A stretch of DNA of 64,000 bases from Eledone cirrhosa (GCA_964016885.1 OZ024754.1:10912001-10976000), one strand, 5' to 3'. Positions 1 through 13,500 are shown, numbered from the stretch's first letter. Notes: generated by a model from the sequence alone, not told the origin. Numbers and translations are program-made.

Positions 1-2184
1 TCCTTACTGTGTTGGTCAACATTTATCAGACCCATGGGTAGGGGTATTCTGGTTGTGGTCATTCCTTTTCCTTACTGTGTTGGTCAACATTTATCAGACC
101 CATGGGTAGGGGTATTCTGGTTGTGGTCATTCCCTTTCCTTACTGTGTTGGTCAACATTTATCAGACCCATGGGTAGGAGTATTCTGGTTGTGGTCATTC
201 CTTTTCCTTACTGTGTTGGTCAACATTTATCAGACCCATGGGTAGGGGTATTCTGGTTGTGGTCATTCCCTTTCCTTACTGTGTTGGTCAACATTTATCA
301 GACCCATGGGTAGGGGTATTCTGGTTGTGGTCATTCCTTTTCCTTACTGTGTTGGTCAACATTTATCAGACCCATGGGTAGGGGTATTCTGGTTGTGGTC
401 ATTCCTTTTCCTTACTGTGTTGGTCAACATTTATCAGACCCATGGGTAGGGGTATTCTGGTTGTGGTCATTCCTTTTCCTTACTGTGTTGGTCAACATTT
501 ATCAGACCCATGGGTAGGGGTATTCTGGTTGTGGTCATTCCCTTTCCTTACTGTGTTGGTCAACATTTATCAGACCCATGGGTAGGGGTATTCTGGTTGT
601 GGTCATTCCTTTTCCTTACTGTGTTGGTCAACATTTATCAGACCCATGGGTAGGGGTATTCTGGTTGTGGTCATTCCTTTTCCTTACTGTGTTGGTCAAC
701 ATTTATCAGACCCATGGGTAGGGGTATTCTGGTTGTGGTCATTCCCTTTCCTTACTGTGTTGGTCAACATTTATCAGACCCATGGGTAGGAGTATTCTGG
801 TTGTGGTCATTCCTTTTCCTTACTGTGTTGGTCAACATTTATCAGACCCATGGGTAGGGGTATTCTGGTTGTGGTCGTTCCCTTTCCTTACTGTGTTGGT
901 CAACATTTATCAGACCCATGGGTAGGGGTATTCTGGTTGTGGTCGTTCCCTTTCCTTACTGTGTTGGTCAACATTTATCAGACCCATGGGTAGGAGTATT
1001 CTGGTTGTGGTCATTCCTTTTCCTTACTGTGTTGGTCAACATTTATCAGACCCATGGGTAGGAGTATTCTGGTTGTGGTCATTCCTTTTCCTTACTGTGT
1101 TGGTCAACATTTATCAGACCCATGGGTAGGAGTATTCTGGTTGTGGTCGTTCCCTTTCCTTACTGTGTTGGTCAACATTTATCAGACCCATGGGTAGGAG
1201 TATTCTGGTTGGAGTCATTCCCTTTCCTTACTGTGTTGGTCAACATTTATCAGACCCATGGGTAGGAGTATTCTGGTTGGGGTCATTCCTTTTCCTTACT
1301 GTGTTGGTCAACATTTATCAGACCCATGGGTAGGGGTATTCTGGTTGTGGTCATTCCTTTTCCTTACTGTGTTGGTCAACATTTATCAGACCCATGGGTA
1401 GGGGTATTCTGGTTGTGGTCATTCCTTTTCCTTACTGTGTTGGTCAACATTTATCAGACCCATGGGTAGGGGTATTCTGGTTGTGGTCATTCCTTTTCCT
1501 TACTGTGTTGGTCAACATTTATCAGACCCATGGGTAGGAGTATTCTGGTTGGGGTCATTCCTTTTCCTTACTGTGTTGGTCAACATTTATCAGACCCATG
1601 GGTAGGGGTATTCTGGTTGTGGTCATTCCTTTTCCTTACTGTGTTGGTCAACATTTATCAGACCCATGGGTAGGAGTATTCTGGTTGTGGTCGTTCCCTT
1701 TCCTTACTGTGTTGGTCAACATTTATCAGACCCATGGGTAGGAGTATTCTGGTTGTGGTCGTTCCCTTTCCTTACTGTGTTGGTCAACATTTATCAGACC
1801 CATGGGTAGGAGTATTCTGGTTGGAGTCATTCCCTTTCCTTACTGTGTTGGTCAACATTTATCAGACCCATGGGTAGGGGTATTCTGGTTGTGGTCGTTC
1901 CCTTTCCTTACTGTGTTGGTCAACATTTATCAGACCCATGGGTAGGGGTATTCTGGTTGTGGTCATTCCCTTTCCTTACTGTGTTGGTCAACATTTATCA
2001 GACCCATGGGTAGGGGTATTCTGGTTGTGGTCATTCCCTTTCCTTACTGTGTTGGTCAACATTTATCAGACCCATGGGTAGGGGTATTCTGGTTGGGGTC
2101 ATTCCTTTTCCTTACTGTGTTGGTCAACATTTATCAGACCCATGGGTAGGAGTATTCTGGTTGTGGTCATTCCCTTTCCTTACT
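1..2184. repeat. 68-bp tandem minisatellite, ~32 copies, truncated by window start
   Basis: Unit TCCTTACTGTGTTGGTCAACATTTATCAGACCCATGGGTAGGGGTATTCTGGTTGTGGTCATTCCTTT recurs at 1, 69, 137 ... 1021, 2041; only a few variable sites; contains palindrome ACCCATGGGT. Confidence 0.98.
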
Positions 2185-2285
2185 ATCTGTGTTTTTCCTT
2201 CATTTTAAAACAATAGTAAGAGATATGAGGGAAGATTGGGTATTATTTCAAGCAAGATGAGTAACAGATAGAGACTTTCTCATTG
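2185..2285 (-). mobile_element. Decayed fragment of a dispersed SINE-like repeat (family D), contiguous with the 68-bp array
   Basis: Reverse complement resembles 11960-12075 (GGTCACTTGACCTTCTAGAAAATAACAGCCAAATCTCCCT...). Confidence 0.5.
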
Positions 2286-2389
2286 TCTCATTCCCGGTGT
2301 AGTTTGTATCATGTGCAACCAAAGAAAATTGATATATTTTTCCTTTCTTTTTGTCTCCCCAAAACCATTCCATCTTTGCTAATATAATG

Positions 2390-2605
2390 GTTTCTTAACT
2401 AGGCACAAGGACAGTCATTTTGTGGGGAGGGGAAAGTCAATTAAATTGACCCCAGTACATTACTAGTGCTTTATTTTATTGACCCCGTAAGGATGAAAGG
2501 AAAAGTTAACCTCGGCGGGATTTGAACTCAGATCATAAAGGGCCGTAACTCTATGCTGCAAAGCATGGGGTCCGACTCTCTCCCGATACTGCCAATCAAC
2601 CACTC
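2390..2605 (-). mobile_element. tRNA-derived SINE family A, long form
   Basis: Minus strand has A box-like TGGCAGTATCGG, B box GTTCAAATCC and core GGTTAACTTT-CCTTTCATCCTTACGGGGTC; keeps a ~30-bp segment missing from most other copies. Confidence 0.9.
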
Positions 2606-3038
2606 TATCTTTGCTAATATAATAAAAATAGATGTAAACCATTGAAAAATATTAGAATGGTATAAAAAGTGACAAAAACACACAATGTTTACTTACATTT
2701 TAAGTAAGAACCCTGTTGTTATCAGAAACTGATAACAACAGGATGTTCATATGTTTTATTTCCTGGGCAGATTCCTATTACTAGGAATAAATTGAGAATA
2801 TTCTTCATGAAAGTTGTTAAAGGGAATCAATGTATATTTGATACTACTAGTAATGGAACTGTTTCAACATGATGTATATACATTTTCTTTCTATTTCTTA
2901 TTAATTTCTTGCTCTATTTTCTGATAAAGGACTAGCATCCCAAACATTAAGATTCTTTTCCTACAATATCAAGCATAAAACTAATATATTTCTTCATTAC
3001 ACTGTGTTGTTTGCTTTGTTATTTCTGCTTTCTTTTTG

Positions 3039-3069
<31 letters not shown>

Positions 3070-3342
3070 TTATTCCTTGTTTAAAAAAACCCACCCAACC
3101 ATTGCTAGCAGGGAAAGCAGAGATTAAAACAATGATGATGATCATGTATATACATTGTTATACTTAGGGAGGGTCATATTGTTATAATATTCCCAGAAAT
3201 AATAATAAAACACATTCACTGTTTGGTTTGGGTTGGTTTTCACTTCTGTATCTTTTATATCTCCATAGTTAATTTAACTGGCAATCAATGTTTATCATTA
3301 ATTGACCAACGGTTAAAAATACAGATATAAATATTTATATAT

Positions 3343-3409
3343 AGTCTATCAAAGTTCTTTCGTCACATATCAGTGACTTTCATCACACATCTGTGACATC
3401 ATCAGTGGT
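3343..3409 (-). ncRNA. Degenerate, partly duplicated PLE-type hammerhead ribozyme motif
   Basis: Minus strand reads CTGATGATGTCACAGATGTGTGATGAAAG-TCACTGATATGTGACGAAAGAACTT, homologous to the motif at 46611-46655. Confidence 0.55.
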
Positions 3410-3757
3410 ACAATTATGTTTCCTCCCGTTGTATTGTAATGCCTATGTCATGGCCCTTTTTTATGTCATTGCCCATTTTCACATGGAAAAATCTTCCACT
3501 GCCCACCTTTATAGTAAATATTCAAAAGCATATAAAAAACGTTTGGTAAAAGTTTGTTACCAGAATAAAACTAATAGCACACTTACAATTTTCAGTCCAC
3601 CATTTCCCTGGGTTTATTTTAAAGAAATTGAAAAAGTGCACGACTCTTTGAACAGGTGCCATTAACCAGTATTGGTACAGCACATACACACACATAAAGT
3701 CACTAATGTTTCTATCAACAACTACTATCATAGATCAGATAGGTTTATACTGAGTGT

Positions 3758-3937
3758 TTGGATTGGCAGTATCGGTAGAGGGTCGGACGCCATGCTTTCC
3801 AGCATAGTTACGTCCCTTTACGATCTGAGTTCAAATCCCGCCGAGGTTAACTTTGCCATTCATCCTTACGGGGTCGATAAAATGAAGTACCAGTAATGCA
3901 CTGGGCAATTGCTGGCCTTGTGCCTAAAGTAGAAACA
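3758..3937 (+). mobile_element. SINE family A, short form
   Basis: TGGATTGGCAGTATCGGTAGAGGG...GTTCAAATCCCGCCGAGG...GTGCCTAAAGTAGAAACAA; near-identical to the 8551 copy. Confidence 0.93.
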
Positions 3938-4247
3938 AATTATTACCATTTAGCCCCCTTTTATTATATATTTATATATACAGGTTCTTTGAATATCTCC
4001 TTTGAATATTTTTTGTTGGGGGTAGGGTAGGGATAGCATATGTTGAAATACCTTCTTAAGACTCAAAATCCTATACCATCCAACAAAATTTCCAATCGCC
4101 CTCCATTTTCTGTTCAGTTGCTACCCACTGTTAGGCAGTATCACCCAGGTTGTGAAACCCTGAATTATATCAATACCTTACCAATTTAGCTGCTAACTAC
4201 ACCATTAGCTGTGTAAGTGTTGAATATATAACATATACAGTACTCAC

Positions 4248-4354
4248 CTTCATAAATTGTTATATTACAGGAGTCTTCATTATACCACAATAATGTGAAA
4301 GAAATAATTTGGTCACTGCTTGTACTTATCAGTTTTCTTTGACAGTAATAAAAA
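4248..4354 (-). CDS. Candidate coding exon, weakly CUB-domain-like (FYYCQRKLISTSSDQIISFTLLWYNEDSCNITIYE/G)
   Basis: Acceptor ttatttatttgcag, donor AAG|GTGAGT; only one frame open (phase 2 in, phase 1 out); C..I.F....C.I.IYEG spacing recalls CUB. Confidence 0.35.
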
Positions 4355-4371
4355 CTGCAAATAAATAAATA

Positions 4372-4998
4372 TCCTAAGTAATACATTGGACAACATATAG
4401 TAATATAGACCAGTGAAAGGACCACTAACTGGTCACTCAATCTGCTAGAAACACCAGCTTAATGTCATTAGTAATACATTGGACAACATATAGTAATATA
4501 GACCAGTGAAAGGGCCACTAACTGGTCACTCAACCTGCTAGAAACACCAGCTAAATGTCATTAGTGATATATACCAGTGAAAAGACCACTAACTGGTCAC
4601 TCATCCTGCTAGAAACACCAGCTAAATGTCCTAAGTAATATATTGGACAACATATAGTAATATAGACCAGTGAAAGGACCACTAACTGGTCACTCATCCT
4701 GCTAGAAACACCAGCTAAATGTCATTAGTGATATATACCAGTGAAAAGACCACTAACTGGTCACTCATCCTGCTAGAAACACCAGCTAAATGTCCTAAGT
4801 AATATATTGGACAACATATAGTAATATCGACCAGTGAAAGGACCACTAACTGGTCACTCATCCGGCTAGAAGCACCAGCTAAATGTCTTCAGTAATACAT
4901 ATGGACAGGTAGCAATATATACCAGTGAAAGGACCACTAACTGGTCACCATCCTGCTAGAAACACCAGCTAAATGTCCTAAGTAATATAGTGGACACC
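4372..4998. repeat. Minisatellite with alternating ~97/~75-bp units, ~7 copies
   Basis: Repeated ACCAGTGAAAGGACCACTAACTGGTCACTCATCCTGCTAGAAACACCAGCTAAATGTC. Confidence 0.95.
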
Positions 4999-5116
4999 AT
5001 TTATTTTGAGAACAATACCTTAACATCAGTATGAGAAGCCAGCTATGCCCAATTTGAACAGAAAAATGTGAGAGAATTCTGGCCAGATATGGCCGGTTTA
5101 AATGCTAAAGTGTTAA
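4998..5116 (+). mobile_element. Partial piggyBac-type MITE, right half
   Basis: Matches 54870-54985, ends TAAATGCTAAAGTG-TTAA. Confidence 0.8.
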
Positions 5117-5311
5117 AACCTGCATGAAGATCAACAACATAGGAAATTAGATGTATGACTTCATTACTAAAGGTTTTACAATTGAATTAAGTGCAGTGAT
5201 TATTACTGACATATCTAAAACATAGGAAATGTTCTCACTTGGGAAAATAAGTGCAGTATCAAGTGTGTCATTTTGTGATAGAATTGTACATTCAGAAGCT
5301 GTTGAAGAGAA

Positions 5312-8210
5312 GAGGAGATAGTGGGAAGTTATGGTTGTGTTCTAGATATATAGTGGTTGGTAGACTTAAGATAGTAGAGGAATTAACAGTAGATATTCTA
5401 TAGTAGAGGAGATAGTGGGAAGTTATGGTTGTGTTCTAGATATATATAGTGGTTGGTAGACTTAAGGTAGTAGAGGAATTAACAGTAGATATTCTATAGT
5501 AGAGGAGATAGTGGGAAGTTATGGTTGTGTTCTAGATATATAGTGGTTGGTAGACTTAAGGTAGTAGAGGAATTAACAGTAGATATTCTATAGTAGAGGA
5601 GATAGTGGGAAGTTATGGTTGTGTTCTAGATATATAGTGGTTGGTAGACTTAAGGTAGTACAGGAATTAACAGTAGATATTCTATAGTAGAGGAGATAGT
5701 GGGAAGTTATGGTTGTGTTCTAGATATATAGTGGTTGGTAGACTTAAGGTAGTAGAGGAATTAACAGTAGATATTCTATAGTAGAGGAGATAGTGGGAAG
5801 TTATGGTTGTGTTGTAGATATATAGTGGTTGGTAGACTTAAGGTAGTAGAGGAATTAACAGTAGATATTCTATAGTAGAGGAGATAGTATGAAGTTATGG
5901 TTGTGTTCTAGATATATAGTGGTTGGTAGACTTAAGGTAGTACAGGAATTAACAGTAGATATTCTATAGTAGAGGAGATAGTGGGAAGTTATGGTTGTGT
6001 TCTAGATATATAGTGGTTGGTAGACTTAAGGTAGTAGAGGAATTAACAGTAGATATTCTATAGTAGAGGAGATAGTGGGAAGTTATGGTTGTATTCTAGA
6101 TATATAGTGGTTGGTAGACTTAAGGTAGTAGAGGAATTGACAGTAGATATTCTATAGTAGAGGAGATAGTGGGAAGTTATGGTTGTGTTCTAGATATATA
6201 GTGGTTGGTAGACTTAAGGTAGTAGAGGAATTAACAGTAGATATTCTATAGTAGAGGAGATAGTGGGAAGTTATGGTTGTATTCTAGATATATAGTGGGT
6301 GGTAGACTTAAGGTAGTACAGGAATTAACAGTAGATATTCTATAGTAGAGGAGATAGTGGGAAGTTATGGTTGTGTTCTAGATATATAGTGGTTGGTAGA
6401 CTTAAGGTAGTAGAGGAATTAACAGTAGATATTCTATAGTAGAGGAGATAGTGGGAAGTTATGGTTGTGTTCTAGATATATAGTGGTTGGTAGACTTAAG
6501 GTAGTACAGGAATTAACAGTAGATATTCTATAGTAGAGGAGATAGTGGGAAGTTATGGTTGTGTTCTAGATATATAGTGGTTGGTAGACTTAAGGTAGTA
6601 CAGGAATTAACAGTAGATATTCTATAGTAGAGGAGATAGTGGGAAGTTATGGTTGTGTTCTAGATATATAGTGGTTGGTAGACTTAAGGTAGTACAGGAA
6701 TTAACAGTAGATATTCTATAGTAGAGGAGATAGTGGGAAGTTATGGTTGTGTTGTAGATATATAGTGGTTGGTAGACTTAAGGTAGTAGAGGAATTAACA
6801 GTAGATATTCTATAGTAGAGGAGATAGTATGAAGTTATGGTTGTGTTCTAGATATATAGTGGTTGGTAGACTTAAGGTAGTACAGGAATTAACAGTAGAT
6901 ATTCTATAGTAGAGGAGATAGTGGGAAGTTATGGTTGTGTTCTAGATATATAGTGGTTGGTAGACTTAAGGTAGTAGAGGAATTAACAGTAGATATTCTA
7001 TAGTAGAGGAGATAGTGGGAAGTTATGGTTGTATTCTAGATATATAGTGGTTGGTAGACTTAAGGTAGTAGAGGAATTGACAGTAGATATTCTATAGTAG
7101 AGGAGATAGTGGGAAGTTATGGTTGTGTTCTAGATATATAGTGGTTGGTAGACTTAAGGTAGTAGAGGAATTAACAGTAGATATTCTATAGTAGAGGAGA
7201 TAGTGGGAAGTTATGGTTGTATTCTAGATATATAGTGGGTGGTAGACTTAAGGTAGTACAGGAATTAACAGTAGATATTCTATAGTAGAGGAGATAGTGG
7301 GAAGTTATGGTTGTGTTCTAGATATATAGTGGTTGGTAGACTTAAGGTAGTAGAGGAATTAACAGTAGATATTCTATAGTAGAGGAGATAGTGGGAAGTT
7401 ATGGTTGTGTTCTAGATATATAGTGGTTGGTAGACTTAAGGTAGTACAGGAATTAACAGTAGATATTCTATAGTAGAGGAGATAGTGGGAAGTTATGGTT
7501 GTGTTCTAGATATATAGTGGTTGGTAGACTTAAGGTAGTACAGGAATTAACAGTAGATATTCTATAGTAGAGGAGATAGTGGGAAGTTATGGTTGTATTC
7601 TAGATATATAGTGGTTGGTAGACTTAAGGTAGTAGAGGAATTAACAGTAGATATTCTATAGTAGAGGAGATAGTGGGAAGTTATGGTTGTGTTCTAGATA
7701 TATAGTGGTTGGTAGACTTAAGGTAGTACAGGAATTAACAGTAGATATTCTATAGTAGAGGAGATTAGTGGGAAGTTATGGTTGTGTTCTAGATATATAG
7801 TGGTTGGTAGACTTAAGGTAGTACAGGAATTAACAGTAGATATTCTATAGTAGAGGAGATAGTGGGAAGTTATGGTTGTGTTCTAGATATATAGTGGTTG
7901 GTAGACTTAAGGTAGTACAGGAATTAACAGTAGATATTCTATAGTAGAGGAGATTAGTGGGAAGTTATGGTTGTGTTCTAGATATATAGTGGTTGGTAGA
8001 CTTAAGGTAGCATAGGAATTAACAGTAGATATTCTATAGTAGAGGAGATAGTGGGAAGTTATGGTTGAGTTGTAGATATATAGTGGTTGGTAGACTTAAG
8101 GTAGTACAGGAATTAACAGTAGATATTCTATAGTAGAGGAGATAGTGAAGTTATGGTTGTGTTCTAGATATATAGTGGTTGGTAGACTTAAGGTAGTATA
8201 GGAATTAACA
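5312..8210. repeat. 94-bp tandem minisatellite, ~31 copies
   Basis: Unit AGAGGAGATAGTGGGAAGTTATGGTTGTGTTCTAGATATATAGTGGTTGGTAGACTTAAGGTAGTAGAGGAATTAACAGTAGATATTCTATAGT; period 94 (5501 to 5595). Confidence 0.98.
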
Positions 8211-8550
8211 ATGGGGGCACAGTCAATAAAATTATGATATTAGAGAGTGTATTGAACCCCAAAGAAGTTTTAAGCGTTGATCTGGTGTCAGATTTTCATT
8301 TTTCATTTTGCTAATGATGATGATGATGATGATGACGGTAACTATGGTAATAATGATGATGATAAAATGATGACATTTTCATGACATGTGAATGAAACAA
8401 TACATCATCACTCATGTCTGTACCCAGGTCACATATCGATTTCGACACAGAGATTTGCTAAAGAAAATATTTTGATTATGATCATCATTGGAATCAAACA
8501 GTAACTCTAATAATTACATATAATATAGTTACATTATTTATCAACAATTT

Positions 8551-8733
8551 GGTGGATTGGCAGTATCGGTAGAGGGTCGGACGCCATGCTTTCCAGCATA
8601 GTTACGTCCCTTTACGATCTGAGTTCAAATCCCGCCGAGGTTGACTTTGCCTTTCATCCTTACGGGGTCGATAAAATAAAGTACCAGTAATGCACTGGGT
8701 AATTGCTGGCCTTGTGCCTAAAGTAGAAACAAT
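8551..8733 (+). mobile_element. SINE family A, young copy with target-site duplication
   Basis: Intact A/B boxes; flanked by direct repeat ATTATTTATCAACAATTT. Confidence 0.95.
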
Positions 8734-8816
8734 TATTTATCAACAATTTAATATATTTTATTAACCAGTTTGTTTTTCTTACCTCATTACTTGAATTCCA
8801 GTGTCGAATTCAAGTA

Positions 8817-9032
8817 AGTATGTTTTGAAACAGCAAACGAGTTTGAAATTAGAAATAGAAGCTTTCGCTGTATTTTTGACCAAAGAAATTTAGCCTGATA
8901 ATGGGGGTTTAGAACCCTCTAAGAAATGGAAAAAGATGAGTATTGACGTTAATACTCATCTTTTTCCCTTTTTTAGAGGGTTCTAAACCCCATTACAGGC
9001 TAAAATTTCTTTAGTCAAAAACACAGCGAAAG

Positions 9033-9037
<5 letters not shown>
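8817..9037. mobile_element. Foldback (hairpin) element, family F
   Basis: Inverted arms of ~90 bp around GAGTATTGACGTTAATACTC; related copies at 40725-40910 and 59170-59395. Confidence 0.85.
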
Positions 9038-9107
<70 letters not shown>

Positions 9108-9111
<4 letters not shown>

Positions 9112-9280
9112 TTAATATAGAAGAGCTTCTACAGGACTAGAACTGTTTCATTCGTGAGAAATCATCAATGAAACAGTTCTAGTCCTGTAGAAGCTCTTCT
9201 ATATTAAAACTTTTATACTCTGCTATGTATTGAGTATCTTAATTACTGTGGTTACCTCCTATTCAACCCGGAATAACTTA

Positions 9281-9283
<3 letters not shown>
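9108..9283. mobile_element. Short foldback element in (TA)n with hammerhead-like centre, probably PLE-derived
   Basis: 45-bp perfect arms (9108-9152, 9167-9211), 14-nt loop, ~70-bp unpaired tail; minus strand reads TGATGA-TTTC-TCAC-GAAT-GAAAC-AGTTCTA-GTC. Confidence 0.7.
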
Positions 9284-9900
<617 letters not shown>

Positions 9901-10666
9901 ATATATGTATATATATATATATATCATCATCATTGGAATCAAACAGTCACTCTAATAATTACATAAATTTATTTATCAACAATTTAATATATTTTATTAA
10001 CCAGTTTTTTTTTTTTACCTGGTTACCCCATTTCCAGTGTGTCCCTCATTTCACACGAACCCCAGGCTTCAAATTGTTCAGGAACTCTTCTGTACAAAAA
10101 GAAATCAAACTACAAAAAGAAATCAAACTTTCAGTAAAACATTATCTTATCTATAAAGATGTGTGAAAAAATAGTGAAAATATTATGGAAGTCTATACAT
10201 AAAGATATCATTCACTCACATTCCTGATTCAGTTGGAAGTTTTTCCATAGTGAGGCCTTACGTGGCCCCCCAGCTTAAGAAAGGTTCCCTATGCCTGCTC
10301 TATATGACCCCTTAACCTGCTAGAAAGTGAGCTTATCAGGTACCACAGTATTATTGATATGATATTGTTCCATCTACTGATGGTGTCGTAGTGGTGTTTC
10401 TAGGTCATATTTCTAAACTTGGTAGCGTCCATCTCCTCTCCAGGTCTGAATACAGCAGATTTCTTGCAGAGAAGAATAGAAAGTGAGAAAGAGATAGAGA
10501 GGAAGAATCAACTACAGTACTTGATTACTAATTTTTTTTTTTATCGACCTTAAAAAGAGGAAAGCAAAGTTGACCTCGACGGGATTTGAACACGGGGAGC
10601 AAAGAACTGGAACAAATATTATAAAGAACTCTATCCGCTGTTCAGGTATTATTATGCATCTTTAAT

Positions 10667-10820
10667 AGATTGGTAATATCGGCAGAGTGTCGGACAACAT
10701 GCTTTGAGGAATGTTACAGCCTTTTACATTCTGAGTTCAAATTCCACAGAGGTTAACTAATAAAGTACCAGTAATGCCCTGGGGTAATTGCTGGCCTTGT
10801 GCTTAAAGTAGAAACAATTA
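10667..10820 (+). mobile_element. SINE family A, internally deleted
   Basis: tRNA-like head and ...AAGTAGAAACAATT tail; flanked by ATTATTATGCATCTTTAA direct repeat. Confidence 0.85.
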
Positions 10821-10909
10821 TTATGCATCTTTAAGTGCACTAAAATTCTGAGTGTCTGATGCCAATGCCAAATCCAAATCTGGATATTTGAAGCCACTTG
10901 TATATAATA

Positions 10910-11095
10910 TAATTGTTTCTACTTTAGGCACAAGGCTAGCAATTACCCAGTGCATTACTGGTACTTTATTTTATCGAACCCATAAGGATGAAAGGCAAAG
11001 TCAACCTCGGCGGGATTTGAACTCAGATCGTAAAGGGACGTAACTATGTTGGAAAGCATGGCGTCCGACCCTCTACCGATACTGCCAATCCATCG
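10910..11095 (-). mobile_element. SINE family A with TSD
   Basis: Full-length; CTTGTATATAATATAAT on both sides. Confidence 0.95.
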
Positions 11096-11452
11096 CCCTT
11101 GTATATAATATAATAAAATATAAATGTTTAAATATCTACTTTAACCAGTAGATAATATTCTATATTGGCTAACAATAGTTTGTGTTTCGGAAGATGTATT
11201 ATTTTTTTTTTCCAGGAAATAAGGTTTGTAACTTCCCACATAACTTGAACTCCAGGGGCAGTGGAACTGGTGGGATCCATGCCCCAAAAATAATTATATT
11301 TTTCTCCCAAACTATCAAAACACACATCTATTTGTATATGCGCTGCAATTTATATACATGTTATGTTTATCGCATATTGAAGTTTTTTTATATCTTGGTT
11401 GATATTTGATAATAACAGCTAAATTAATCACTACAACTAAATTGACCATTAA

Positions 11453-11697
11453 CCCTTTAGCATTTACATTACTCTATACTTACTATTGTATTTTCACGGT
11501 AAACATAATTATCTCATATAATTATCTCATATAATTATCAACATTATTATCATATAATATTGAATCTACAAGATTTTGATATTATTTATTTTGAGAACAA
11601 TACCTTAACATAAGTATGAGCACCCAGTTATGGCCGGTTTGATGAGAAAGAGGTGAGAGAATTCTTGCCAGATATGGCTGGTTTAAATGCTAAAGGG
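11453..11697 (+). mobile_element. piggyBac-type MITE
   Basis: TTAA|CCCTTTAGCATTTA ... TAAATGCTAAAGGG|TTAG terminal inverted repeats. Confidence 0.88.
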
Positions 11698-11959
11698 TTA
11701 GAAATGTGGTAAAGAAAGGGTTAATATTTAAGGCACCAGAGAAAATATAAAAATGTACTTACAGACAATGCAGGCAAAACAACTGACATAGAGAAAGTCA
11801 AACAGAAACCTAGAAGACAGAGAGGACCAAATAAATAATTTTGAAACATATCTGAAAGTATGTGACATTTGTATATATCAATTTGCAAGAATAATATTAA
11901 AAAGGGAAATGTTATACATAATAACCAACCAACAGTCAACAGAACATGAAAAGAAGCCA

Positions 11960-12075
11960 CAACTGAGAGTACTTCATGTGGTCACTTGACCTTCTAGAAA
12001 ATAACAGCCAAATCTCCCTAAAATTACATCTTTAAGTCTTAAAATAAAACACATTGGATAATGAGGTCCTAGGTT
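11960..12075 (+). mobile_element. Fragment of SINE-like family D
   Basis: TGTGGTCACTTGACCTTCTAGAAAATAACAGCCAAATCTCCC...ACATTGGATAAT, shared with the 4372-4998 unit. Confidence 0.55.
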
Positions 12076-12164
12076 TCCTGCACATAGGAAATGGAGTCGT
12101 AATTTTCATAGAATTATTTTACATATAAAATTGAAAGTTTGATAAGTTTAAGACAGTTGTAAAA

Positions 12165-12297
12165 TAATTGTTTCTACTTTTGGCACAAGGGCAGCAATTA
12201 CTCCAGTGTATTACTGGTACTTTATTTTATCGACCCCGTAAGGATGAAAGGCAAAGTTAACCTTGGTGGGATTTGAACTCAGACCATAAAAGGCCAT
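12165..12297 (-). mobile_element. SINE family A, 5'-truncated, with TSD
   Basis: AGACAGTTGTAAAATAAT flanks both ends. Confidence 0.9.
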
Positions 12298-12879
12298 TGT
12301 AGACAGTTGTAAAATAATATTTGATAGATTATATAATTTTGAAATTATTTGGGGTGGGGGGCTGCTGTTTAATTTGTTGAGCATGCTCAATGACAAATTT
12401 GAGAAAGTTTACATTGGGAGAACTCATTCTCAAATTGAAAGTGAGGCAGGGTTTTAAGCCCACTAAATCCAGAAGACATTCATCTAGGTTAAATGTTGCC
12501 CTGGTATAAGAATAATTGAATGAAGGGAATCTATAAGATATTGCAGATCTCTTAATAAATAAACCGGAATTTGTATTTGAGCTTCAAATATTTTCTTAAT
12601 TCTTTGCACCCTAGGAAGAATTTATTATAAAATAAACACACACACACACACACCCAAAGTTCTTGTCATTAAACCAAGAATACACAATTTCAGTGGTATG
12701 GCAACTTTTTACATTCTCACTTCATTACATTAAACCACAGTAAAATATGATGGCATCATTTTATCTCACTTCATTACATTGACAAACCCTTACTTAATAT
12801 CTGCCAGTATCTTCAGTTTTGTCGATTAAAATGTCCTTTGCATAAAGAAAATAGTTTGGTCCATGCAAAGCACTTACTG

Positions 12880-13500
12880 AATAAGATAAAACATCAAGAA
12901 ACTGGAATGCTTTGGTTCTTTTCTGAAAAGAAAAACTTTGATCAAGACCAAAAGGTTAACTGAAGGAATGATAGATGACTATGCAGAGATCCAAATCAGG
13001 TTGGAACGGTCATGCTCACCAAATTTCTAGCAACTGTGATGGTTCTGGTTGTTGTCAGCAACGAGGGAGATACCATACCTCCTCATTTTTTCTCAGGGCT
13101 TAAGAGTCAACACTGCAATCTACAAAAAGGTATTGGAGACTGTTGTGAAGCCTTGGATAGACAGGTAAGCAACCAAAGACCGTTCATCTTCCAACAAGAG
13201 TCTAAACTCTCTCATAAAGCCAGAACGACACAAGCAAGGATACGTAAAAATCTCCATGACCATGTTCTTCCAGACACATGGCCTCTTAGCTTACCAGACC
13301 TCAATCCCCTGGACTATTAGGTATGTCTGCTGTGTGTGTGTAGAAAGGCCGATCATAACCCTCACAACACTATCTCTCAAGTCCACCATTACCAGCACAA
13401 TTTCCAGTATTGATAGAGGTCATCTGATTTAGACACACCAATGCTTCAGATGCCATATTGAAGCAGCCATTGAAGCTAATGAAGGATTCATTGAAAAAAT
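12880..13500 (+). pseudogene. Decayed Tc1/mariner transposase, probably DD37D/maT-like
   Basis: Frameshifted translation FFSEKKNFDQDQKVN..TKFLATVMVLVVVSNEG..PPHFF..VVKPW..FIFQQES..SHKA..WPLSLPDLNPLDY..IEAAIEANEGFIE. Confidence 0.9.

Noticed and set aside
1-2184. Hammerhead in the 68-bp unit (minus CTGATAAA-TGTTG-AC-CAACA)
   Set aside because: Core G is missing and the stem is followed by CAGT, not GAAA.
2921-2955. Hammerhead-like CTGATAAAGG..TCCCAAAC (similar relics near 16673-16790 and minus 52550-52525)
   Set aside because: Core nucleotides are mutated or stems are absent; possible PLE relics but not supportable as ribozymes.
3758-3845. tRNA gene (also heads of other SINE copies)
   Set aside because: A and B boxes are present but there is no cloverleaf, and the sequence continues into a multicopy SINE body with TSDs.
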